This document shows positions 29,255 through 40,529 of a stretch of DNA of 64,000 nt, in pieces. The translations under genes were made by a program, and so were the position numbers. The stretch comes from an uncultured Planctomycetota bacterium (GTDB lineage Bacteria > Planctomycetota > Planctomycetia > Pirellulales > Lacipirellulaceae): NCBI GenBank assembly GCA_963719315.1, contig CAVRBU010000002.1, forward strand, positions 1,376,001-1,440,000, in the 5' to 3' direction. A model generated the notes under the pieces. It was not told the DNA's origin, ran no database searches, and saw nothing but the letters and a program-made list of their open reading frames with translations. Each line of letters starts with the position of its first letter. Positions within the stretch are counted from its first letter, which is position 1.

Positions 29255-30856
29255 TTAATGCGCAACGTGCGCCACGCCCGGCTTCGCCGACTCCATGAAT
29301 AGCACGAGCAGAATCATGAAGCCGGCAATCCATCCCAGCACATAAAAGATATCAATGTAGGACTGCATTGCGGCCTGTCGCTGAACTTCGCGCATGAGAA
29401 TCGCGAATGCCTTCACACCACCCGGCGTGGCCCCGACTTGCTCTGCCAAGCGCGGCACTCCCTCCCGATACGCTTGATCATAGGGCGTAAGATGTTCTAT
29501 CAGATGCGTCTGATGCCGTTGACTCCACTCCGCCAGCGCCGTCTGGCCAAGCGAAATGCCGAAGCTGCCGCCCAAATTTCTCATCACGTTGATAAGGGCT
29601 GATGCTTCATTCGTTTTGTCTTGTGGGATGCCGATATAGGCCGCCGACGTGACCGGTACGAACAGAAACGCGATTCCCACCGCCTGAAACACACGAGCCC
29701 ACATCAGGTGTCTGTAATTGACCTGGAGCGAAATCCCGCTCAGATGATGAAGAGTGGCTACTTCGATCAGTAAACCGATGGCGATCAATGTGCGCGGCTG
29801 AATCCTCCTCAGCAAATATCCTACGATCGGCATACAGACCATGACTGCGAATCCTCCGGGGGTGATGACGAGCCCCGAAAGTGTCGCCGTATAGCCAAGG
29901 AGGTCTTGTGTAAGCTGCGGCAATAGCTGGGTCGTTCCCAATAAGATGAACCCGATCCCAAACATGACGGCGCAGCATGCCGCGAATCCCCGATGTCCGA
30001 ACAGTCGAAGATCAACGATTGGTTTCTCTCGGGTCAATTCCCAGGGCACTAAAACGAGAAGTGCTACGACCGAAAAAGTAGCGAAAACAAGTATGAAATT
30101 CGACGAGAACCAATCTTCTCGTTCACCTTTGTCGAGCACCACCTGGAGGCAACCGAGTCCGACCGCCACTAGCCCAAACCCGATATAATCGACGTTCAGT
30201 CCTCTGGCCAAGAGCCTACGCCGTCGCTGCTCCTCGGCAGCCGGTGTTTTGAGCACAAAATAACTGAGGGCCAGCGAGGCTAAGCCAACTGGCACGTTTA
30301 TAAGAAACACCCACCGCCACGAGTAGTTGTCGGAAATCCATCCGCCCAGTGTTGGGCCAATGGCGGGAGCAAACACTACCGCGATTCCGTACAAGGCAAA
30401 CGCCATTCCGCGCTGCTTCGGCCGAAACGTATCGGCGAGAATCGACTGCTCGCTCGGAGCTAGCCCTCCTCCGCCCATACCTTGCAGGATACGGAATACG
30501 ATCAGCCAACCGAGCGACGGGGCAATCCCGCATAGCAGCGAACTAGTCGTAAACAGAGCAACGCAACCCATGTAGAATCGCTTCCGGCCCAGCGCGTTTG
30601 CCAGCCAACCGCTGATCGGCAGCACGATGGCATTGGAAACCAAATAGCTCGTCAACACCCATGTGCTTTCGTCCGGTCCTGCGGACAAGTCGCCTGCTAT
30701 GTAACGCAGCGAGACGTTGGCAATGGAAATGTCGAGCACTTCCATAAATGTAGCGATCGACACGACGAGCGCGACCAATCACGGGTTTCGATCGCCTGCC
30801 ATCGACATTGAGTCATCATCGTTACTCGGTAATGATGGAGACTCGTCAGCACTCAT
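29255..30856 (-). CDS. DHA2 (EmrB-type) MFS efflux permease, with an in-frame TGA at 30779-30781
   Basis: FMEVLDISIANV, WVLTSYL, GRKR, PAIGPTLGG, WRWVFLINVP. ATG at 30856 overlaps the upstream stop (ATGA). Confidence 0.88.
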
Positions 30857-32010
30857 CGTACTTTGACCATCGGTACTACGGACATTCCCGGGCCAAGGAC
30901 AATGTCGTTCGGCGGCGGCCCGTCGAATACAATTTTCACCGGTACGCGCTGCACGACCTTCACATAGTTCCCCGTCGCGTTTTCGGGGGGAAGCAAGCTG
31001 AATTGTGCTCCCGTGCCTCGCTGGAAGCTATCGACGTGGGCCGATAGAACGCGACCCGGGAAGGCGTCGATGCGTACGGTTGCAGCTTGGCCGACTTTCA
31101 TTTGCTCAAGCTGGGTTTCTTTGAAATTTCCTACCACCCAAAGCATGGGCTGCACGATGGCGAGGAGGGCTTGGCCGGGCTGGAGGTAATCGCCCTTTTC
31201 AACGGTTCGATGGGTGACGTGGCCAGGCACAGGAGCAGTGATCTTTGTATATCCGAAATTTAGCTCAGCCGACCGAACCTCAGCCTCCGCCTCTCGGACG
31301 TTCGCACGGGCAGTCGCCAACTCGGCTTGTTTGGCAGCCGTTTGGGCCTTGGCTTCGGCGGCCTTCGCTCGCGAGGAAGCCAAATCCGCAGCTGTCGTTC
31401 GAGCGTTTGCTTTGGCCTGGTCCAATTCTTGACCGGAAACAGCTTCCTCCACCGCCGCGTTTGCCATTTGAGCCCGCTCCAAGACGCGAGCGGCATTCGT
31501 TGCCGCCGCTTCGGCTGCCGTCACCACCGCTGCCGCCGACCGTTCCGTGGCTGCCGCGAGCGCGATCTGGGACTCCGCATCCTTGACCTTGTCCCGCGCT
31601 GCATCCAGTCCGGCGCGGGCCTGTGCAAGGGCTGCTTCATAGTCGGCAGAATCTATTTCGAGTAAAAGATCGCCGGCCCTCACAGCTTGATTATCGTCCA
31701 CGTGCAGTGCGGTCACATACCCAGATATCTTGGGATTGATTTGAGTGATACGACCGGCGATGAAGGCGTCGTCGGTCGACTCAAACTGTCGAGCATGGAG
31801 CCAATACAGGATTACCGCTAGCGTCAACAAGGCGGCTACCACGGCAGACGGAATCACGACTGTCAAGTGTTTGTAGAACGGAGGCTTGCGTGTCTCCTTC
31901 AAACGCTCGTCTGGACTTTGCGGATCACGCCTCGCCCTGGAATTTGCTACGGTCGAGGCGCTCGCATCAGTTCCATCTTTTCGCTCCGGCGAGTAGTTGC
32001 GTTCGACCAT
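30853..32010 (-). CDS. HlyD/EmrA-family efflux adaptor
   Basis: ESTDDAF, YTKITAP, NFKETQL, SLLPPENATGNYVKVVQRVPVKI. Confidence 0.93.
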   Translation of the reverse strand: MVERNYSPERKDGTDASASTVANSRARRDPQSPDERLKETRKPPFYKHLTVVIPSAVVAALLTLAVILYWLHARQFESTDDAFIAGRITQINPKISGYVTALHVDDNQAVRAGDLLLEIDSADYEAALAQARAGLDAARDKVKDAESQIALAAATERSAAAVVTAAEAAATNAARVLERAQMANAAVEEAVSGQELDQAKANARTTAADLASSRAKAAEAKAQTAAKQAELATARANVREAEAEVRSAELNFGYTKITAPVPGHVTHRTVEKGDYLQPGQALLAIVQPMLWVVGNFKETQLEQMKVGQAATVRIDAFPGRVLSAHVDSFQRGTGAQFSLLPPENATGNYVKVVQRVPVKIVFDGPPPNDIVLGPGMSVVPMVKVR

Positions 32011-32062
32011 GATTCGCTGTCTTTATTCGACCCTGATACCGATCACGCTTGAAGTCAACCAA

Positions 32063-32911
32063 TTAAGGCGAAAACGAAAATGGTACGGCTGTAAACCCCA
32101 CTGGCACGAACAGCAGACTCACCCAACCCAAGAAAATTCGCACTTTTCCAAGCGGCACTTCGTCGTTGGCAGTCGGAGGATGAATCGGCCCTATCAACAT
32201 CAGTAGCAAGATCATGAGCGTCCAACCCCAATACCCGAACAGGACAACACCGATCATCGCCGCGACAAGCAGTACCTGGGCGATCGGGTGAGCTCGCTTC
32301 AATAACAAGGCGTAGAGGACGTGCCCTCCGTCCAGTTGTCCAATGGGGAACAAGTTTAGCGCCGTGATGAAAATTCCCACCCAGCCGGCGAATGCAATTG
32401 GGTGCAACGCAACCTCCTGGCCCGCTGGCAAAGGACCAAAGGTTAGATATGTCAACAATTTGAAAAAGAGCGGTTCGCCCAAGGTTAGCCCGAACTGCGA
32501 CGCGGTGGCTGGTACGACGTGAGACCAGCGAAGACCAATGATGGAAAACAGTAATGCGGGGACCAATCCCGCCAGGGGCCCGCTGATGGCGATATCGAAT
32601 AACGTGCGGCGATTGCCGACGCCTGGTTGCATAACGATTACTGCGCCCATCGTCCCGATCGGTGAAGCGGGCATGGGAATGAAATACGGCAGACTCGCCG
32701 GTACCCCATACCGACTGGCCTGAATGAAGTGTCCTAACTCATGGGTCAATAACGTGGTCATGACGGCCAGCGCAAAGGCCGCCCCGCCCACTAGCCAGGT
32801 GCTCAAACAAGTCGCTAAGAACAGCAGAATGGGCAACAATATTCGTCGACCTCTACGCCGCGCTGCCGGCGGCATTTGTGCAATCTCTGCATTTCGACCC
32901 TGCTCTTCCAT
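32063..32911 (-). CDS. Site-2 (M50) intramembrane metalloprotease
   Basis: HELGH, LPYFIP, DIAISGP, NLFPIGQLDGGH. Confidence 0.92.
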   Translation of the reverse strand: MEEQGRNAEIAQMPPAARRRGRRILLPILLFLATCLSTWLVGGAAFALAVMTTLLTHELGHFIQASRYGVPASLPYFIPMPASPIGTMGAVIVMQPGVGNRRTLFDIAISGPLAGLVPALLFSIIGLRWSHVVPATASQFGLTLGEPLFFKLLTYLTFGPLPAGQEVALHPIAFAGWVGIFITALNLFPIGQLDGGHVLYALLLKRAHPIAQVLLVAAMIGVVLFGYWGWTLMILLLMLIGPIHPPTANDEVPLGKVRIFLGWVSLLFVPVGFTAVPFSFSP

Positions 32912-33012
32912 TTGTCATCCCATGGGGGTTGTCGGTCACTTTGACCATGCAGTTTCGAGGCCAATACCAAACGGCGCGGAAAGTGAGCATTCTATTCCCT
33001 AGCCGACGAGCT

Positions 33013-33028
33013 TGGCATGCCACTTGCA
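33013..33028 (+). promoter_or_regulatory. Putative sigma-54 promoter facing hsp20
   Basis: TGGCAT-GCCAC-TTGCA with exact -24/-12 spacing, ~230 nt upstream of hsp20. Confidence 0.5.
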
Positions 33029-33254
33029 ATTTCGTACAAATACTAGCGCCTGTGGACGGCGAATTGCCGGCCGGGCCTATCGCCTGGCGATAGGACAAGC
33101 TGAAATCCTCCGATCCATGGAGTTCGACGCTTCAGTAGTTCTGAACGAGTTGATGCCAGCTTGGTTAGGCGTTAACCGTCAAGCGAACGATGGTGTTAGT
33201 GATTTTTTTCTCGATTACGATCCAAGTTGGTGTTTTATGAGAAAGGAGTAGATC

Positions 33255-33773
33255 ATGGCAGACTCTAAACAGAAAATCGAGCGTGTAAACAAGAACGGCA
33301 ATAAATCCGGGAATGGAAGTCGCACCGCATTGGCGACAACTCGCCCACACCAAGCCGGGCTCCGCTTCGGACCGCTGGGTCGCTTGCGTAGCGAATTCGA
33401 TCGCGTGTTCGACGATCTGCTTCGAGGTTGGCCGAGCAGTTGGGGCGAAGAACCATCCTGGATGGCTGGAGTCGATCTGCGGGAGCGCGATGACGCCGTT
33501 GTCGTCCGGGCCGACGCCCCAGGTTTTGAGCCTGGCGACTTCGATGTGGAAATCCGTGGAGACAATCTCGTCCTCTGCGCATGTCAAAGCGAAGAATCGT
33601 CGGAGGAGGATCAAGGGATGCACTGGGAGAAGCGCGAACTCTACCAGTCGATTCCACTTCCGTCCGCCGTCAATGCCGAGCAGATAGACGCTCACTACCG
33701 CAACGGTGTGTTGACGATTACACTTCCCAAAACGGAACAAGCAAGGAGCAAGAAAATCGAAATCAAAAGTTAA
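33255..33773 (+). CDS. Hsp20/alpha-crystallin small heat-shock protein
   Basis: VVRADAPG...IPLPSAVNAEQIDAHYRNGVLTITLPK...KKIEI. Confidence 0.92.
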   Translation: MADSKQKIERVNKNGNKSGNGSRTALATTRPHQAGLRFGPLGRLRSEFDRVFDDLLRGWPSSWGEEPSWMAGVDLRERDDAVVVRADAPGFEPGDFDVEIRGDNLVLCACQSEESSEEDQGMHWEKRELYQSIPLPSAVNAEQIDAHYRNGVLTITLPKTEQARSKKIEIKS

Positions 33774-33899
33774 CGTCCAAGAAATCAGGATAGCAGTTCA
33801 AGTCATGAACGAGGGGTCTGTGGGCCACGCGGGAATACCGCAGCGCTATTTTCGCTGACGCTTCGCTCCAGTGGGTGCTTTCGTGAACTTGAGCCGATA

Positions 33900-35132
33900 A
33901 TGATGAAGATTGCCATCAACGGCGCAGGCATCGCTGGGCCAACACTCGCCTATTGGCTCGTTCGCTCGGGCCATGAACCCGTACTCATCGAGCAGGCCCC
34001 AAAGTTCCGCACCGGCGGCTACATGATCGATTTTTGGGGTGTCGGCTACACGATCGCGGAACGCATGGGGATCTTGCCGAAAGTTCGCGAATCCGGCTAT
34101 TCGGTTCAGGAAGTTCGATTCGTCGACGATCGCGGCCGCAAATCGGGCGGATTCTCAACCGCTCTCTTCCGGCCAATGACCAACGATCGATTCACCAGCC
34201 TGCCTCGCGGAGATTTGGCCAACGCTATCTATGAGACCATCGAAGATTGCGTCGAAACCAGCTTCGACAACAGCATTGCGTCCATCGAGCAGCGCAGCTC
34301 CGGGGTCAGTGTCGGCTTCGAGCATGGTCCCCCGCGCGAGTTCGATCTTGTCGTCGGCGCCGATGGACTGCACTCGCGGGTGCGCGAGCTTGTTTTTGGT
34401 CCGGAAAGCGAATTCGAAAAGTCACTCGGCTATCATGTTGCCGCGTTTGAAGTTGAAGGATATCGTCCGCGCGATGAGTTGATCTATGTCGGCTATGCGA
34501 CGCCCGGACAGCAAATCGCGCGATTCTCGCTCCGCAACGATCGGACGATGTTTCTCTTCGTCTTCACGAACGACAAACTGCCCGCCCATTTTCCACGCAA
34601 CGCCAATGAACGCAAAGACATCCTGCATCGCGTTTTCGGTGACGCCGGTTGGGAGTGTCCGCAAATCCTGATGGCGATGGATCGCGTCGAAGACATCTAT
34701 TTCGACCGAGTCAGCCAGATCCGAATGAACGCCTGGTCAATGGGACGCGTCATGCTGCTCGGCGATGCGGCATCGTGCGTCTCGCTACTCGCCGGCGAGG
34801 GGGCGGGACTGGCTATGGCAGAAGCCTACGTCCTCGCGGGAGAATTGAACCTGGCGAATGGCGACTACACTCAGGCCTTTCATCGGCACGAGCAGCGGTT
34901 GCGATCGTTCATCGAGGCGAAGCAGCAATCCGCTTACGATTCCGCCTCCGCCTTTGCGCCCCGAACGCGAACTGGCCTGTGGTTTCGTAATTTCATTTCA
35001 AAGCTGCTAAGCATTCCCGTAGTCGCGAACTACTATATCGGACGACAACTTCAAGACGACTTCGACCTGCCAGAATACGAGCTGCGCACTGCACCGAACT
35101 CGCAATCTCCAGAAGCGGCTTCAAAACGGTAG
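33900..35132 (+). CDS. FAD-dependent monooxygenase/oxidoreductase
   Basis: GAGIAG, GADGLHS, LLGDAA...GEG. Confidence 0.88.
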   Translation: MMKIAINGAGIAGPTLAYWLVRSGHEPVLIEQAPKFRTGGYMIDFWGVGYTIAERMGILPKVRESGYSVQEVRFVDDRGRKSGGFSTALFRPMTNDRFTSLPRGDLANAIYETIEDCVETSFDNSIASIEQRSSGVSVGFEHGPPREFDLVVGADGLHSRVRELVFGPESEFEKSLGYHVAAFEVEGYRPRDELIYVGYATPGQQIARFSLRNDRTMFLFVFTNDKLPAHFPRNANERKDILHRVFGDAGWECPQILMAMDRVEDIYFDRVSQIRMNAWSMGRVMLLGDAASCVSLLAGEGAGLAMAEAYVLAGELNLANGDYTQAFHRHEQRLRSFIEAKQQSAYDSASAFAPRTRTGLWFRNFISKLLSIPVVANYYIGRQLQDDFDLPEYELRTAPNSQSPEAASKR

Positions 35133-35340
35133 CTGGAATTGCAAGAATTCAGAGAAGATCGCAAAGCACTGAATTTTTTCAAATTCGGCTACCACATAAA
35201 TCGGTTCTAATGCTGCTTCTAGTATTGTGATGGTTGGCAGGTCATTCTGAATGTTGCTGAAATGAGGCCACCACGGTATCGTGGAAATCCCTCGCAGTGC
35301 ACACGGCCAACGCTGCGATGTGTGCGCCGGAGGGACTTCG

Positions 35341-37200
35341 ATGAGCCAAGACGCCAAACCGCGGAGAAGAGCCCTCGGCTTGCTCAGCTTTTATGCGTGG
35401 TCCGTGGTAATCGGCGCCGTCGGAGCACTGGGGGCGATCGTTTTCCGTGGCCTGATCGCCTTCTTTCACAACCTGCTCTTTCTCGGGCAATGGTCGCTCG
35501 TATACGACGCGAACCTTCACACCCCGCCCAGTCCTTGGGGCCCGTTGATCATTTTAGTGCCAGTAATCGGTGCGGTAGGCGTCGCGTTTCTCGTCGGCAA
35601 CTTTGCTCCGGAAGCAAAAGGGCATGGCGTGCCCGAAGTAATGGATGCGATCTATTACCACAAAGGAGTTATCCGGCCCGTCGTTGCGCTGATCAAGTCG
35701 CTGGCTTCTGCGCTGTCCATCGGCAGCGGCGGTTCGATTGGCCGCGAGGGACCGATCGTCCAGATCGGCTCCTCTTTCGGCTCGACGATCGGTCAGATAC
35801 TTCGCTTGCCGACTTGGCAGACCATTACGCTGATCGCGGCAGGCGGTGGCGCCGGGATCGCCGCTACTTTCAACACGCCAATTGGCGGAGTGCTCTTCGC
35901 CGTCGAGATCATGCTCCACGAAGTTAGTGCGCGAACGTTGGTCCCCGTGACGATCGCCACGGTCACCTCGTCCTATATCGGCCGGCTTGCGTTCGGCGAT
36001 CACCCCTCCTTCGTGATTCCGCCGCTCATGTTATCCACCAGGCATGTCACGGATTGGTTCGTGCTGCTGCTCTACGCCGGTATGGGAATACTCGCCGGCC
36101 TGGTCTCCCTGGCGTACATCCGGTGCATCTATGGCTGCGAAGACTTTTTCGATAAGCGAGTTCCCGGAAATTACTACAGCCGCCACATGCTCGGCATGTT
36201 GGGTGTAGGCGCAATCATGTACTCTGTTTTCCTCGGGACGGGGAATTATTCCGTCCAAGGGGTCGGGTATGCCACAATTCAAGACATACTCTCGGGGCAC
36301 GTGTCCTGGTTCCTATTCGTTCTATTTGTTTTGAAGCTAGTGACCACATCGCTCACGCTTGGGTCCGGCGCGTCGGGCGGCGTGTTTTCCCCCGCGCTGT
36401 TCATGGGCGCAACACTGGGAGGCGTCTACGGATTGGCGATGCACCGCCTGTTTCCAAGCATGCCAATCGATCCCGCCGCCTTTGCCGTCGCAGGTATGGC
36501 AGGAGTGGTTGGCGGCTCAACTGGCGCAGCGCTAGCCGCTGTGGTCATGATTTTCGAGATGACCCAAGACTACGCGGTTATTATCCCCATGACCATCGTC
36601 GTTGCGCTCAGCTACGGCATTCGTAAGGCGCTGCTGCCCCAAAGCATCTACACCTTGAAACTGACTCGCCGCGGGCACGACATCCCCGACGCGCTCCAAG
36701 CCAACTTCTTTCATCTCAGAAGAGTGCGGGAAATCATGGATAATCATTTCGTAGCCGTACCGGCCGACGGCGTGCTGGACGACTTCGTTCGGATTGCAAC
36801 CAAGCAGCCACAAGTAACGTGTTTCTTGGTCGAAGGGCGCGAAGGACTGGTTGGCTTTTTGACGCGCGACAGGGCCCTGTGTAGCCCCGATCAGCATGCG
36901 GGGCCCCAAGTGCTAAGCGAACTCGCCGATCACAAATTCATCGTCGTCGGAGAGGACACACTGCTGCTTGATGTGATTTCTCACTTGCAGGCTACCGGCG
37001 CCTCGGTCGCGATCGTAACAGATGGCTCAGATAACGCGCAACTCGGAGATGTACGCGGTTTGATCACCAAAGACCAAATCGCCAACGCCGTGATTGACGA
37101 CATGGAGTTGTTTTCGGAACTACCAATCAATTCAGATGCACAAAGCGTGAACTTGACCGTTTCTAACGGCGCGGTGTCGGATCCGGATCTCCGCAGTTAG
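35341..37200 (+). CDS. ClC-family chloride channel with C-terminal CBS-like domains
   Basis: GHGVPE, GREGP, GGVFSP motifs. Confidence 0.92.
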   Translation: MSQDAKPRRRALGLLSFYAWSVVIGAVGALGAIVFRGLIAFFHNLLFLGQWSLVYDANLHTPPSPWGPLIILVPVIGAVGVAFLVGNFAPEAKGHGVPEVMDAIYYHKGVIRPVVALIKSLASALSIGSGGSIGREGPIVQIGSSFGSTIGQILRLPTWQTITLIAAGGGAGIAATFNTPIGGVLFAVEIMLHEVSARTLVPVTIATVTSSYIGRLAFGDHPSFVIPPLMLSTRHVTDWFVLLLYAGMGILAGLVSLAYIRCIYGCEDFFDKRVPGNYYSRHMLGMLGVGAIMYSVFLGTGNYSVQGVGYATIQDILSGHVSWFLFVLFVLKLVTTSLTLGSGASGGVFSPALFMGATLGGVYGLAMHRLFPSMPIDPAAFAVAGMAGVVGGSTGAALAAVVMIFEMTQDYAVIIPMTIVVALSYGIRKALLPQSIYTLKLTRRGHDIPDALQANFFHLRRVREIMDNHFVAVPADGVLDDFVRIATKQPQVTCFLVEGREGLVGFLTRDRALCSPDQHAGPQVLSELADHKFIVVGEDTLLLDVISHLQATGASVAIVTDGSDNAQLGDVRGLITKDQIANAVIDDMELFSELPINSDAQSVNLTVSNGAVSDPDLRS

Positions 37201-37600
37201 AAGATTCCTGGTTAGAAATCACCGGCCCGCATTGGCCGTGAAATTCAGTTGGGGGAGGCCGCCGCGCATGAAGATCGCGGCCCGATCGATCGGAGCGCCG
37301 CAGGAGCCGATCCACCCAAAAATCTACTGAACAGCGGAATTCGGTAAAGCAACTGTCAATTGCGCATAGGGCATTGTTGGCAAACACCCGCAGAACTCTC
37401 CCGGCGGCTGCGGCGTATCACGCATATGGCGGTTTACGGCGCCCCTAGGCTCCCCGCTTTCCCTCGTCTCAGACTACGAGATCGTGGTACGAACTCCTAC
37501 TTCGATCATCTCGGACGGGTGAACCAACTGGCTATTTTCACACTAGGTATCTTGACTTTTTATTTGGCGCTTTTGAGCGTAATTTATCGAGGAACAAAGC

Positions 37601-38611
37601 ATGGCTCCGGAAACCCAGACTACCCACACGCAGATTGAAGCTCTGTCGCAGAAAATCAAGGTACACAGCAAGCCTTTCCGGCAATTGATCGCCGAGGTCG
37701 GCAATACGATCGTCGGCCAAGAAGTCCTCATTCATCGGATGCTAGTCGGGTTGCTCGCCAATGGTCATCTGTTGATCGAGGGTGTACCCGGACTGGCAAA
37801 AACCACCGCCGTGGCCTGTCTGGCCAAGGCGATTCGGACTGGCTTTCAACGTTTACAGTTCACACCCGATCTGCTGCCCGCCGACCTGATCGGAACCCTA
37901 ATTTACAGGCCGCAGGAGCAGCAATTCGTTGTTCAGAAGGGGCCCATCTTTTCGAACCTCATTCTCGCCGACGAGATCAACCGCGCTCCCGCGAAAGTGC
38001 AAAGTGCCCTTCTGGAAGCAATGCAAGAGCGACAGGTGACCATCGGAACTCGCACCTATCCGCTGGATGACCCGTTCCTGGTGATGGCAACACAAAACCC
38101 GATTGAGCAAGAAGGAACCTATCCGTTGCCGGAAGCCCAAATGGATCGCTTCATGCTCAAGGTCCTTGTGGGCTACCCGAATCGCGACCAGGAACTACAG
38201 ATTCTCGAGCGGATGTCCAAGACCCGCTCGAATATCACGACGCGCCCCGTTACCAGTCCGGACGAGATCATGTCCGCTCGCACGCTAGTCGACGAGATCT
38301 ACGTCGACCGCAAAATAAAAGAATACATCGTCGACCTTGTGATGGCGACGCGGCAGCCAAAAGCGTACGGACTGGCGCTCGATGGGCTGATTCAATACGG
38401 AGCGTCGCCGCGGGCAACGATTTATCTGACGCTCGCGGCGAAGGCAAATGCCTTCCTGCATGGTCGCGGCCACGTGCTGCCGCAAGACGTCAAAGAAATG
38501 GCGCTCGATGTGTTGCGGCATCGAGTAATTCTCACCTACGAAGCCGAGGCGGAGGAAAAGACGTCGGAGCATGTAATCCGAACCGTTTTGGATGCTATCC
38601 CCGTGCCGTAA
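37601..38611 (+). CDS. moxR: MoxR-family AAA+ ATPase
   Basis: EGVPGLAKT, QFTPDLLPAD, ADEINRAPAKVQSALLEAMQE, ATQNPIEQEGTYPLPEAQ. Confidence 0.95.
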   Translation: MAPETQTTHTQIEALSQKIKVHSKPFRQLIAEVGNTIVGQEVLIHRMLVGLLANGHLLIEGVPGLAKTTAVACLAKAIRTGFQRLQFTPDLLPADLIGTLIYRPQEQQFVVQKGPIFSNLILADEINRAPAKVQSALLEAMQERQVTIGTRTYPLDDPFLVMATQNPIEQEGTYPLPEAQMDRFMLKVLVGYPNRDQELQILERMSKTRSNITTRPVTSPDEIMSARTLVDEIYVDRKIKEYIVDLVMATRQPKAYGLALDGLIQYGASPRATIYLTLAAKANAFLHGRGHVLPQDVKEMALDVLRHRVILTYEAEAEEKTSEHVIRTVLDAIPVP

Positions 38612-38665
38612 TGCTTGCCGACCGGTCCGCCTCATTTTCAATTTGATTGATACACCCAATCCCCA

Positions 38666-39541
38666 ATGCTCCCTCGCGACATCATCAAGAAGATTCGCCG
38701 CATCGAGATTCATACCTCGCACATCGTGGATGAGCTCCTGGCGGGACAATGGAACTCGGCATTTCGCGGAAGCGGAATCGAGTTCGAGGAAGTCCGGCCC
38801 TATGAGTTCGGCGACGACGTGCGGGCGATCGATTGGAACGTGACGGCCCGCACCGGCCGGCCGTTCATCAAGCTCTTTCGCCAAGAGCGCGAAATGGCCG
38901 TGATGCTCCTCGTGGATCTCAGCGCTTCGCAAGGCTTGGGATCCCAATGGCAGACAAAACGCGAACTCGTGACCGAATTGAGCGCTACGCTGGCATTTTC
39001 TGCCATCAAGAATAACGATCGGGTGGGGTTGACGCTGTTCACCGACGCCATCGAGAAGTTTGTGCCCACGCGAAAGGGAACGCGCCACGTATTGCGGATC
39101 ATTCGCGAACTGCTTTACTGCGAGCCGATCGGGCAAGGCACCAGCTTGCGGAAGGCGTTGGAACATCTCAACCGGACGTCCTCGCGGCGGGCGGTCGTAT
39201 TCCTCATCAGCGATTTTCAGGACTCCGGCTTCGAGAAAACGCTGAAAGTCGCGCGCCGCAAACACGATGTGATTCCGGTCGTGATTGCCGACGAGCTCGA
39301 ATTGACGATGCCCAAGGTGGGCTTGGTTCGCCTCCGCGACGCGGAGACCGGCCAAATGATCACACTCGACACTTTCAGCCGGGCCAATCGCCGGGCGTAC
39401 GAAGAGTACGCTCGCCGACGAATTGCGGAAAGGGACGCGTTGTTTTGCAAGCTGCGCCTCGATCCGATCCACATCTATACCGGCCAAGACTTCATCGAGC
39501 CGCTCAAGCGGTTCTTCCACAGAAGGGAGAATCGACGATGA
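38666..39541 (+). CDS. DUF58 protein
   Basis: GIEFEEVRPYEFGDDVRAIDWNVTAR, LISDF. Confidence 0.93.
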   Translation: MLPRDIIKKIRRIEIHTSHIVDELLAGQWNSAFRGSGIEFEEVRPYEFGDDVRAIDWNVTARTGRPFIKLFRQEREMAVMLLVDLSASQGLGSQWQTKRELVTELSATLAFSAIKNNDRVGLTLFTDAIEKFVPTRKGTRHVLRIIRELLYCEPIGQGTSLRKALEHLNRTSSRRAVVFLISDFQDSGFEKTLKVARRKHDVIPVVIADELELTMPKVGLVRLRDAETGQMITLDTFSRANRRAYEEYARRRIAERDALFCKLRLDPIHIYTGQDFIEPLKRFFHRRENRR

Positions 39542-40529
39542 GTCGCGGCTACTTGATTTCAGCGATTGCGACGATATCCCTGATCACTCCCACGATCGTG
39601 CTGGCCGCTGGCGACGGCGTGAAACCTCATCGAACGGTCGCGACCGATGGCACCGCCAAGCTGAGTGTGAGCGTAGACAAATCCGTCGCGCAGGTCGCCG
39701 ATACGATTCAGTTTGTTGTCGAGTTCGAAGCACCTCAGGCGCGCGGGTCGAGATGCCGCAATTGCCGCGACAATGGGGCGAATTCGTAGTCCATGGGGTT
39801 GAGATGTCTAAAAACATTCCATCCTCCGAATCGGCCAACGAGCGCCGCTGGCTGCTGCGAAGCAGGCTGGACACGATCAAGACTGGCGATCACACCATTC
39901 CCTCCATCGAGGTGCAATATCTCGCCGATGCCAAGGCTGCGACATTCAAAACGGTCCGCAGCCAACCCATTCCTATCCGCATTACCAGTGTGCTAGAGAG
40001 TCGCGCTGATCCGACCAAGTTTCGCGACATCAAAGACACGGTTGATCTCCCAGTACCGGAGGTGCATTCCTATGCCTGGATCGGTTGGACGGCCGCCGGC
40101 ACCGGCTCTTTTATGGCTTTTGGGTTGTTGACAGTTCTGTTCGCCCGGCGAAATCGTGGTCCCTCGCCGGCTACATGGGCACTTGCGCAGATCGCAAATT
40201 TAGAACAACTTCGCGCCGGTAACGCAGCCGACGCGGAGTCGATTTACAACGAATTGGTCAACGTCGTCAGTGAATTCTTTGAACTTGAATTCCATGTGCC
40301 CACGCTCTCGCGGACCTCGCGCGAATTCTTGACCCAAGCGGCCCACGAGGTTGGCCTGGCCGAAAAGCCCCGCAAACGGCTCGCTCTTCTGGCCTCGATG
40401 GCGGATAAAATCAAGTTCGCTCGGCTGAGCGTGGGCGACGAACAAATCCGCCAGGCCTTGGAGCACGCCAAGGCGTTCGTCCAGGAGTGCGAACAGCATC
40501 GAGCGGCTGCGGAAGGAAAGGCGGCATGA
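39538..40529 (+). CDS. Bat-operon membrane protein, frameshift near 39738
   Basis: Signal-peptide frame (MSRGYLISAIA...EFEAPQ) joins ...GARVEMP...RDIKD...TM segment...ADKIKFA. Start and stop overlap both neighbours (ATGA). Confidence 0.75.

Noticed and set aside
27709..35132. Bona fide antibiotic-resistance genes (ere, tetX-like)
   Set aside because: Only family-level motifs are visible. These families are broad and substrate cannot be read from sequence.
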